Virus record (IMG/VR): IMGVR_UViG_3300011113_000675
Span: 64,001 to 128,000 of that record
From: a virus
Reading direction: 5' to 3' (one strand)
DNA length: 64,000 nt
Positions 10,634-17,055 of the stretch are shown here, piece after piece (positions within the stretch are counted from its first letter, which is position 1; each line of letters opens with the position of its first letter). The notes beneath the pieces are model-generated. The model searched no databases. It saw nothing but the letters and a program-made list of their open reading frames with translations, and was not told the origin of the DNA. The translations under genes and the position numbers were made by a program.

Positions 10634-11235
10634 AAGTTATATTCTTAGATAATGATGGAGTTATTTGCTTGAGCAGTAACTGGGGTTCCCGACACAAAAA
10701 ACAAGATAAGTGGGGTGGGAAAAAATTGTCTATGGATATAACATCAATTCCTGTTGAATGTCGTTTTGATAATTTCGATAAAAAAGCGGTAAAAGTTCTA
10801 AATCAAATATTAGAAACCACAGGAGCTGAGATCGTAGTTAGTTCTGATTGGAGATTACACGGTACCTTAGAAGAATTGGGAGAATACTATACATCTCAAG
10901 GTATCATCAAAAAACCAATCGGATTCACCGAAGTATTTCATTACAAAAATTGGTTGGAAGAAGGTCGTGTCCCATCTGATTTCGATTGGAATAGAACTGA
11001 TGGTCGAGAACAAGAAAGACACTTCGAGATTAAAGATTGGTTAAAATCACATCCCGAAGTCACACATTGGGTTGCTGTTGATGATTTACATATGGGTATT
11101 CATGTTAAGAATAGTTCCTACGGTCCGTTCGATAGAGATTGGGGGTTAGAACACTTCGTATGGACGCCTAGAATGTGGGAGGGTATCAAACAAAGTGGAA
11201 TTAAACAAAAAATAATAAAACATTTATCATGCTAG
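10630..11235 (+). CDS. HAD-family phosphatase (Swiss-Army-Knife RNA-repair-like HAD)
   Basis: KVIFLDNDGV, IVVSSDWR and WVAVDD motifs; ATG 10630 overlaps the upstream stop. Confidence 0.8.
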   Translation: MKVIFLDNDGVICLSSNWGSRHKKQDKWGGKKLSMDITSIPVECRFDNFDKKAVKVLNQILETTGAEIVVSSDWRLHGTLEELGEYYTSQGIIKKPIGFTEVFHYKNWLEEGRVPSDFDWNRTDGREQERHFEIKDWLKSHPEVTHWVAVDDLHMGIHVKNSSYGPFDRDWGLEHFVWTPRMWEGIKQSGIKQKIIKHLSC

Positions 11236-11423
11236 TTAACGTTAAAAAAATATTGGAAGAAGAAGGTGAAGTTCGTAAATTCGGTGGAGTTGCTCCCGAA
11301 GGGTTTGTTTTAGTCCATGAAAAAACTCTTGAATCTCTGAAAGATTTCGAGACATGGAAAATGTGGAAACATAATCAAATTACTATAAAAGAATTAAATA
11401 AAACTAACTTTGATAATAGTTAA
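11229..11423 (+). CDS. hypothetical protein
   Basis: ORF coupled to its neighbours. Confidence 0.6.
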   Translation: MLVNVKKILEEEGEVRKFGGVAPEGFVLVHEKTLESLKDFETWKMWKHNQITIKELNKTNFDNS

Positions 11424-11429
11424 TTATAT

Positions 11430-11762
11430 ATGATAGATTTTATTAAAATTTCACCTAAAAGACATTTATTAAAAACAATAAGCTACAGACTTGTGAGTAG
11501 TCTAATTGGGTTTTTGGTAATGTGGTTCCTATTTGGAATCTCAATCGCAATTACTTTCGCGTCATTCGAATTGATTTGGAAATGTATTCAGTACTATATT
11601 CATGAAAAAATATGGTACAGGTTCATAAAATTCGGTATTACAAAAGTTGAGGAACGTATCAAACCCGATTTCCGTATAATGGATACAGTTACTACTGAGG
11701 TCGCAGAAAATGTTACAACTACGGGGCCCAAAAGATTAGTTTATACAAAGAAGACCGAATAA
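11430..11762 (+). CDS. DUF2061-like membrane protein
   Basis: RHLLKTISYR ... YYIHEKIW pattern with two TM segments. Confidence 0.7.
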   Translation: MIDFIKISPKRHLLKTISYRLVSSLIGFLVMWFLFGISIAITFASFELIWKCIQYYIHEKIWYRFIKFGITKVEERIKPDFRIMDTVTTEVAENVTTTGPKRLVYTKKTE

Positions 11763-11797
11763 CTCGGTCTTTTTTTTTGTCTTGATATTTATTTAGT

Positions 11798-12532
11798 ATG
11801 AGTATTGAAAAAAATATTTTTAGAGTTTTAGAAGAGATAAAAAAATCTCGCGAACTTATTTCAGAAGTTATCACTTTAAGTGAGTCAAGTACCTTTTCAC
11901 CACCGCTTGATAAACTTCAGGTAACTTCTCCTTTCGGACCTAGATGGGGAAAGCATCACGATGGAGTTGATTTAGTTGCAGTAGACGAACCAATAAAATC
12001 TTTAGCAGATGGAACCGTAATTGCCACTTATGATGATAAATACCCTTGTGGGGGAACCATCGTCATCCAACACTCAGACGGATATACTACCGGTTTTTGT
12101 CATATGCAAAAAATAAATGTCAAAGTAGGACAACAAGTAAAAAAAGGTGATATAATTGGAATCAGTGGTGGTGGAGAAGGTGATCCAGGTAGGGGAAGGA
12201 GCGACGGAAAACACTTACACTTAACAATAAGAAAAAACGATAAGCCTTTAGACCCTATGAAGTTTATAGACAAAGAAGGTGTTTTGACTGGAAAAATTCC
12301 TTCAGGTTTTGTTGTTCCTGGCTCATTAGATTTTGACGGGACATCTGACTCAACGGACATTTCAAACTCTGAAGCTTCCTCAACCCAAAGTAGTACCTCA
12401 AGTTTTGGTTCAGATGACTTCGATTTTTTAACTAAAGAACTACCTGGAAAAATGGACGATTTCTATTTTTTGAAAGAAATCAAGAAACGAAAGATTACTG
12501 AAAATATCAAAAAAATTAAAAAAATGTTATAA
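11798..12532 (+). CDS. M23-family peptidoglycan endopeptidase
   Basis: HDGVD and HLH zinc motifs, TSPFGPR, VKVGQQVKKGDIIG. Confidence 0.85.
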   Translation: MSIEKNIFRVLEEIKKSRELISEVITLSESSTFSPPLDKLQVTSPFGPRWGKHHDGVDLVAVDEPIKSLADGTVIATYDDKYPCGGTIVIQHSDGYTTGFCHMQKINVKVGQQVKKGDIIGISGGGEGDPGRGRSDGKHLHLTIRKNDKPLDPMKFIDKEGVLTGKIPSGFVVPGSLDFDGTSDSTDISNSEASSTQSSTSSFGSDDFDFLTKELPGKMDDFYFLKEIKKRKITENIKKIKKML

Positions 12533-12566
12533 AAAAACCCACCTAAGGTGGGTTTCTTTTTTTTTC
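12531..12566. terminator. bidirectional intrinsic terminator
   Basis: aaacccacc-taa-ggtgggttt flanked by A and T runs between convergent genes. Confidence 0.75.
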
Positions 12567-12579
12567 AGTCAAGTCGAGA

Positions 12580-12798
12580 TTACTTTACTGCCTCGCCTTT
12601 AACGGCTCCACTTTCTACGCCTGCAGCACCACCACCGATAACCTCTGCACCTTCAACTGCTACTGAGTCAGCAACAACTGCTGTTGAGTCTACAACTACT
12701 GTTGCGGAATCAGTTGCTTCTGCTTCTACAGCTTTACCTCCGCAAGATGCAAGAACCATGGTAGATAGGATTGCGAATACTACTAAACTTTTTTTCAT
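12580..12798 (-). CDS. small Ala/Val-rich lipoprotein
   Basis: Signal peptide with lipobox LASC. Confidence 0.7.
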   Translation of the reverse strand: MKKSLVVFAILSTMVLASCGGKAVEAEATDSATVVVDSTAVVADSVAVEGAEVIGGGAAGVESGAVKGEAVK

Positions 12799-12897
12799 TT
12801 TTTTTGTGTTTTTTGTTTTTTATTTAATTTACGAACTATAAATATACGAAAGTTTCTCGAGGTCGTCAAATTTTTTGTATTTTTTACAAAACATTTT

Positions 12898-13236
12898 TCA
12901 AGAAAGAATCTGTATAAAATAATATGACAGTTTATATCCTGTAAAAGCCCCTAATGTAGATGGTATCGGAAATACAATTAATTTCCCCAAATCTGTGACA
13001 TACTTTGGTCGGTTAACAATTTTACCCATGAAGAAATAATAAGTCAAATAACCTATTAAAACCGCCAAATCAGTTTTAGTTGCGATAAAAACAACTAAAG
13101 TTGCGGCAATAAATCCAAAGATAAAATTATCTCGAACTCCCTCCCATATTTCATAAGAACTTGCATCCTTATACTCTTTTACAATTTTGTTGAATTTGGC
13201 TTTGTTACCAACTCTTCTTTTCACTCGAATTTCCAT
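12898..13236 (-). CDS. hypothetical membrane protein
   Basis: About 3 hydrophobic segments; starts directly after tRNA-Ile. Confidence 0.65.
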   Translation of the reverse strand: MEIRVKRRVGNKAKFNKIVKEYKDASSYEIWEGVRDNFIFGFIAATLVVFIATKTDLAVLIGYLTYYFFMGKIVNRPKYVTDLGKLIVFPIPSTLGAFTGYKLSYYFIQILS

Positions 13237-13237
13237 G

Positions 13238-13312
13238 TTGGGATAGGTGGACTCGAACCACCAACCTTTCGCGTATCAGACGAAAGCTCTAAACCAATTG
13301 AGCTATATCCCA
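13238..13312 (-). tRNA. tRNA-Ile(GAT)
   Basis: Cloverleaf TGGGATA/TATCCCA; anticodon loop CT-GAT-AC; GGTTCGAGTCC T-arm. Confidence 0.9.
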
Positions 13313-13318
13313 TTGTTG

Positions 13319-13477
13319 CTGTAAGGGAAGGAGTCGAACCTTCACGAGGAGATTCAATTGATAACACAACGCTTGCAAGCTGGTGGTCTACCCCATATTA
13401 TCAATCTATTTCTTTATCCCCGCCCTCGAGACAGGAGGGTGTGTATGCCAAGTTCTAGAACATTTCACCACCTTACA
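13319..13477 (-). ncRNA. atypical tRNA-Asp(GTC)-like RNA with a 79-nt variable arm and an enlarged D-loop
   Basis: TGTAAGG/CCTTACA acceptor stem with G73; CCCTC-CTGTCTC-GAGGG anticodon arm; GAAGG-TTCGACT-CCTTC T-arm. Confidence 0.7.
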
Positions 13478-13491
13478 ATATAAACTTGAAG

Positions 13492-13576
13492 CAGAGAGTA
13501 TTGGATTCGAACCAATGCATCCCTTTCGAGATGACAGATTAGCAATCTGCTCCTTTAACCACTCAGGCAACTCTCT
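13492..13576 (-). tRNA. tRNA-Ser(GCT)
   Basis: AGAGAGT/ACTCTCT, G73, loop TT-GCT-AA, long variable arm. Confidence 0.9.
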
Positions 13577-13580
13577 GTAG

Positions 13581-13651
13581 ATGTCTCATCAGGATTCGAA
13601 CCTGAAAAAACTGAACCAAAATCAGTTGTGTTACCGTTACACCATGAGACA
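13581..13651 (-). tRNA. tRNA-Gln(TTG)
   Basis: TGTCTCA/TGAGACA; ACTGA-TTTTGGT-TCAGT anticodon arm. Confidence 0.88.
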
Positions 13652-13654
13652 AAG

Positions 13655-14056
13655 TTAATACAAACTTTCCTTTTTTACAACCCCCCAATCATATCCACAA
13701 TCTCTATCTAATCTGAAATAGTAATGACCACCAGTAGAATATGCCCTGAACTTTAACATCCAAAAGATTGTATTTTCTAATTCGGAGATTATAGATTCAT
13801 TACCACTCCAACCACAAGTATGGAGTTCAATCATACCATCTTCTTGATTGTATGCATCTGATCCATAGTACCATATTTGTTTGATGTAGTCTAACAGATC
13901 GGTATAATCAGTATTATCGAAAAACTTACCATATACTAACTCACCATCAATCTTTTCACTACCCCAATTTCGGATATACTTTAACGCTTCGTCAGTGGGA
14001 TATCCATCCTCATCTAATAGGTGAAACGGATACAGATAATCTAGTTTATTTTCCAT
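13655..14056 (-). CDS. hypothetical protein
   Basis: ORF inside the tRNA array; HTCGWSGNE and GGHYYF motifs. Confidence 0.7.
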   Translation of the reverse strand: MENKLDYLYPFHLLDEDGYPTDEALKYIRNWGSEKIDGELVYGKFFDNTDYTDLLDYIKQIWYYGSDAYNQEDGMIELHTCGWSGNESIISELENTIFWMLKFRAYSTGGHYYFRLDRDCGYDWGVVKKESLY

Positions 14057-14067
14057 AATTTAATTTT

Positions 14068-14152
14068 TGGTGGGAACGATAGGACTCGAACCTATGAACT
14101 CCTAAGAGAGGAGATTTACAGTCTCCGGCAATTGCCGCTATGCGACGTTCCC
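14068..14152 (-). tRNA. tRNA-Tyr(GTA)
   Basis: GGGAACG/CGTTCCC-ACCA; GGAGA-CTGTAAA-TCTCC; variable arm. Confidence 0.92.
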
Positions 14153-14153
14153 A

Positions 14154-14281
14154 AGGTTAGGAAAGGAGAAGATGGTTCCGTGGACAACTCCTTTTACGAT
14201 TGGCTTTACTACGATGATTCCAAACTCCAAATGTACCACCTCCATCATCAGGTTAACATACATTCCTTCCCCAATCAACCT
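14154..14281 (-). ncRNA. candidate structured ncRNA (about 128 nt) in the tRNA array
   Basis: Terminal AGGTT/AACCT pair with nested GATTGG/CCAATC, GATGAT/ATCATC and AAAGGAG/CTCCTTT stems; no ORF; abuts tRNA-Tyr. Confidence 0.5.
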
Positions 14282-14293
14282 TTATATCTTATA

Positions 14294-14710
14294 CTACTTG
14301 TTTAACAACCAAGACGAAGATTGAATCTTATCACCAAGTCCATCAATCAACTTGATACCCCACCAATCACATACCTGTCTCTCAGGGATTGAATTATTGT
14401 TTTGGTCCCCACCATTGGCGAAAATAAGTTCGTTTGTTGGATCCTCTCCAGAATGAATCAAACCGAGTGTCTTACATACAGTTCTATCCGTATCAATGGA
14501 TAGAAATGCTTTGTCAACCATTTTTAGGTTTTCGATAATGAACATTCTTTCATCTTCGTCTTGGAACTCTTTACTACCTTTCAACTCTCTCTGTTTGTCG
14601 TTATTTACAATTACATAGAGTTTATCCCCATGTTCTTTGGCTTTATTGAAATATTCAATATGACCTTTATGAACAGGATTAAAATATCCGCTTACAATTA
14701 CAATTTTCAT
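14294..14710 (-). CDS. cytidylyltransferase-family (HxGH) nucleotidyltransferase
   Basis: SGYFNPVHKGH, FANGGD and KIQSSSWL motifs. Confidence 0.85.
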   Translation of the reverse strand: MKIVIVSGYFNPVHKGHIEYFNKAKEHGDKLYVIVNNDKQRELKGSKEFQDEDERMFIIENLKMVDKAFLSIDTDRTVCKTLGLIHSGEDPTNELIFANGGDQNNNSIPERQVCDWWGIKLIDGLGDKIQSSSWLLNK

Positions 14711-14895
14711 TTCGTTTCGTAGGTTAAAGTTTCTAATTCTAGTTCACTTTCATAGAAATATGGACATGCCCAAACAGGTTTATCACATTTGAGTTTAACC
14801 ATTCTTCCTTTGTTGTATCCAAGAGAAATGACTATTGCCCATCCTGAATACTTTGTTTTAACTCTGTCTCCAACTTTTAATTCGCTAAATGTCAT
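14707..14895 (-). CDS. small SH3/KOW-like hypothetical protein
   Basis: LKVGDRV motif; overlaps both neighbours. Confidence 0.55.
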   Translation of the reverse strand: MTFSELKVGDRVKTKYSGWAIVISLGYNKGRMVKLKCDKPVWACPYFYESELELETLTYETK

Positions 14896-15193
14896 CTTCT
14901 ACAGTATCGAGTTCAAAGTTACTAAATTTTAATCCCCACATCAAAGAAATCATTGACATTTGTTGTTCAGCCATTTTAGCATACATACGAAGTTCTTTCA
15001 TAAGGTATTTTTTACCCCATTTTTTCCATTCTTCGTTTTGTTCCATAGTCATAGTCCAATCAGTATACCAACTATCCTTACGGTCCTTGACATCGTCAAA
15101 TGTTACGGGATGACCTGCGATCTCGAACATCTTGTTTATCATATCGACAACCATTTTTTGTTTTTTCTGTTCTTTAGATAATCTCGGTTTCAT
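14885..15193 (-). CDS. hypothetical protein
   Basis: ORF following tRNA-Cys. Confidence 0.65.
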   Translation of the reverse strand: MKPRLSKEQKKQKMVVDMINKMFEIAGHPVTFDDVKDRKDSWYTDWTMTMEQNEEWKKWGKKYLMKELRMYAKMAEQQMSMISLMWGLKFSNFELDTVEDDI

Positions 15194-15209
15194 AATTTTT
15201 ATTGTTTAG

Positions 15210-15283
15210 AGGTCAAGAAGGGATTCGAACCCTTGGATACTTGTTTTGCAGACAAGCCCCTTAAGCCACTTGGGTACTTGACC
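15210..15283 (-). tRNA. tRNA-Cys(GCA)
   Basis: GGTCAAG/CTTGACC, U73, CTTGT-CTGCAAA-ACAAG. Confidence 0.9.
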
Positions 15284-15289
15284 GTTTTG

Positions 15290-15361
15290 TGTGACCGAAG
15301 AGAATCGAACTCTTACATGAAGTGCCACAAACTTCCGCCCTACCATTAGGCCACAGCCACC
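15290..15361 (-). tRNA. tRNA-His(GTG)
   Basis: G-1, GTGGCTG/CGGTCAC, GAAGT-TTGTGGC-ACTTC; discriminator is A. Confidence 0.85.
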
Positions 15362-15376
15362 ATATAATCTTAATGT

Positions 15377-15444
15377 AAGTCAGGACGGGTTTCTAACCCG
15401 CTCTTCAGTTAATCACTGCGTGCTGCCATTTACACCACCTGACT
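15377..15444 (-). ncRNA. degenerate tRNA-like RNA (AGTCAGG acceptor family, copy 1)
   Basis: AGTCAGG/CCTGACT stem, D-arm, shrunken anticodon arm CAGT-GATTA-ACTG, T-loop TTAGAAA. Confidence 0.55.
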
Positions 15445-15510
15445 AATTTTTAGATTTCTAAAACTCATCCCTAACGGGGTAAAGAAACTCCATCTTATTT
15501 GTTTTTTGCG

Positions 15511-15602
15511 TAGTCAGGACAGGATTCGAACCTGTAACTTTTGTCTTTTGGTTCCGAAAATCGGATTACTCACCAACACGTTACCCTTGCGTCACCTGAC
15601 TA
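15511..15602 (-). ncRNA. tRNA-like RNA (AGTCAGG acceptor family, copy 2) with the anticodon loop replaced by a 19-nt insert
   Basis: AGTCAGG/CCTGACT-A; perfect ACAGG-TTCGAAT-CCTGT T-arm; TTGGT...ACCAA stem enclosing the hairpin TCCGA-TTT-TCGGA. Confidence 0.6.
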
Positions 15603-15611
15603 TAAAGTGAA

Positions 15612-15688
15612 TGGTACTCCGTACGGGACTCGAACCCGTAAGCTCTCCCGTGAAAGGGGAGTGTCCTAACCAATTAGACGAACGGAGC
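15612..15688 (-). tRNA. tRNA-Glu(TTC)
   Basis: GCTCCGT/ACGGAGT-ACCA; CTCCC-CTTTCAC-GGGAG. Confidence 0.92.
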
Positions 15689-15716
15689 TTGTTTGTCTTA
15701 CAAAGATACTACAATA

Positions 15717-15727
15717 TTTCAAAGAAC
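15717..15727 (-). promoter_or_regulatory. boxA-like GTTCTTTGAAA element (identical copy at 16925-16935)
   Basis: Resembles the rrn antitermination boxA; both copies sit next to tRNA genes. Confidence 0.4.
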
Positions 15728-15739
15728 AAAAGAAGTCAT

Positions 15740-15776
15740 AAAAAAACCCCGAACTTTTTTTAAGAGTTCGGGGTTT
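15740..15776 (-). terminator. intrinsic terminator / candidate attenuator upstream of the tRNA array
   Basis: 12-bp stem AAACCCCGAACT/AGTTCGGGGTTT ending in a U7 tract on the minus strand. Confidence 0.8.
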
Positions 15777-15813
15777 GAAAAATTAGTTTTTACAAGTAAA
15801 AAAAATTTCTATC

Positions 15814-15903
15814 TTATGACATCCGAACTACAGGGCAAATAGGTTCATAACAACAATTTTCTTGTTGATTATTACTGATAATATTATGACTTGTAGTTCT
15901 CAT
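15814..15903 (-). CDS. candidate leader peptide MRTTSHNIISNNQQENCCYEPICPVVRMS (29 aa)
   Basis: Manual translation from ATG(15903) to TAA(15814); lies between a promoter and the terminator; contains AGTTCGG complementary to the terminator 5' arm. Confidence 0.7.
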   Translation of the reverse strand: MRTTSHNIISNNQQENCCYEPICPVVRMS

Positions 15904-15919
15904 TGTTCTATAATTACTT

Positions 15920-15950
15920 CAAATGTATGAAATGTTTTAATTTTGTCAAA
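15920..15950 (-). promoter_or_regulatory. Bacteroidota-type sigma-A promoter of the leader/tRNA operon
   Basis: TTTG-N19-TACATTTG on the minus strand, ending 16 nt before the leader ATG. Confidence 0.7.
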
Positions 15951-15997
15951 TGTTTTTTATGGATAGAACTTTTAATTCTATGCATATATTTATTATT

Positions 15998-16369
15998 ATG
16001 GAAAAAAAAGTTTGTTCAACCTGCAATGAAGAAAAACCATTGACTGATTTTTATTTGCGCAATTCAAGAAATAATAAACCTTATGATAGATGTAAAAAAT
16101 GTTTTAACCGTTATTGTGGTGACCGATGGATCACTAAAAAGATTAACGCAATAATTTACAAAGGTTCTAAATGCCTTGATTGCTTTTTATCCTATCCTAA
16201 TGAACCATATGTAATTTTTGATTTTCATCATCGTGAGCCAAACGAAAAAGATTTCGATTGGGGTAAATTAAGATTGAAATCTGATAATACCATAAAGTCC
16301 GAATTAGATAAATGTGATTTACTATGTTCAAATTGTCATAGAAAACGACATCATTTATCTGATTTGTAG
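15998..16369 (+). CDS. HNH endonuclease with zinc-finger motifs
   Basis: CSTC..CKKC, CLDC, FDFHH, CDLLCSNCHRKRH; antisense to the tRNA cluster. Confidence 0.8.
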   Translation: MEKKVCSTCNEEKPLTDFYLRNSRNNKPYDRCKKCFNRYCGDRWITKKINAIIYKGSKCLDCFLSYPNEPYVIFDFHHREPNEKDFDWGKLRLKSDNTIKSELDKCDLLCSNCHRKRHHLSDL

Positions 16370-16438
16370 CCCCACCAAGATTCGAACTTGGAAATCTTCT
16401 TTAGAAGAGAAGCGGTATATCCCTTTACCTATGGAGCC
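16367..16438 (-). tRNA. tRNA-Arg(TCT)
   Basis: GGCTCCA/TGGGGCT; CTTCT-CTTCTAA-AGAAG. Confidence 0.88.
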
Positions 16439-16454
16439 TTAACCGATTATTGAA

Positions 16455-16619
16455 TTACTTCAATAAATCAATCTTTTTTGCGACTTCTTCGGCTTCCGCC
16501 ATAAGTTTGTCCGATTGGGTTCTGTTGGAATGAGAAGCCTTATAAGCTTCTTCCATCAACTTCTTATAAGTTTCTTGTAACCTTTCCTTTTCAGTTTTTT
16601 TCTTGAATATCCCGAACAT
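16455..16619 (-). CDS. Lacal_2735-family small protein (54 aa, not in the ORF track)
   Basis: MFGIFKKKTEKERLQETYKKLMEEAYKASHSNRTQSDKLMAEAEEVAKKIDLLK resembles the Bacteroidota family pattern (from memory). Confidence 0.7.
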   Translation of the reverse strand: MFGIFKKKTEKERLQETYKKLMEEAYKASHSNRTQSDKLMAEAEEVAKKIDLLK

Positions 16620-16662
16620 AATTTAGAATTAACACTATCGTCTTTGAAAGTTTATTTAACGT

Positions 16663-16908
16663 TTATGCCTGACGGCTAGATAATTTTCTTTCAAGTTTAT
16701 CAAGACGTGAATCCATTGTTCGATAAATGTCATCGACAATTCTATCACGATCTCTCAGTTGATTTTCAATTTCTCTTGCAAGAAATTGGTGAATCTGTTG
16801 TATTTCTTCTTTTTGTTTATTCACCCTAACAAAAGCCATAACCGCAACCACCGCAACTGCAATGACCACAATTATAGACATTCCTAAAATAAATGATATT
16901 AAATCCAT
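16663..16908 (-). CDS. membrane-anchored coiled-coil protein
   Basis: N-terminal TM helix and charged helical tail. Confidence 0.65.
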   Translation of the reverse strand: MDLISFILGMSIIVVIAVAVVAVMAFVRVNKQKEEIQQIHQFLAREIENQLRDRDRIVDDIYRTMDSRLDKLERKLSSRQA

Positions 16909-16946
16909 ATGATTTTCTCCTTTATTTCAAAGAACGATAGTGTTTG

Positions 16947-17030
16947 TATCAGGAGAGGGAATCGAACCCTCACTCGCGTTGGCGAACAACATTTTAAGTG
17001 TTGCGTGTCTACCTATTCCACCACCCCGAC
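16947..17030 (-). tRNA. tRNA-Leu(TAA)
   Basis: CAACA-CTTAAAA-TGTTG, variable arm; G:U-rich acceptor stem. Confidence 0.85.
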
Positions 17031-17055
17031 ATTGTTTTACAAATGTAATCGATTT

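Noticed and set aside
13344-13422. Group I or canonical tRNA intron
   Set aside because: Only 79 nt, located in the variable arm rather than the anticodon loop, and no group I core motifs are visible.
13383-13580. ORFs overlapping tRNAs (also 16909..17211, 20942..21142, 45779..46141)
   Set aside because: They are antisense translations of tRNA or tRNA-like genes.
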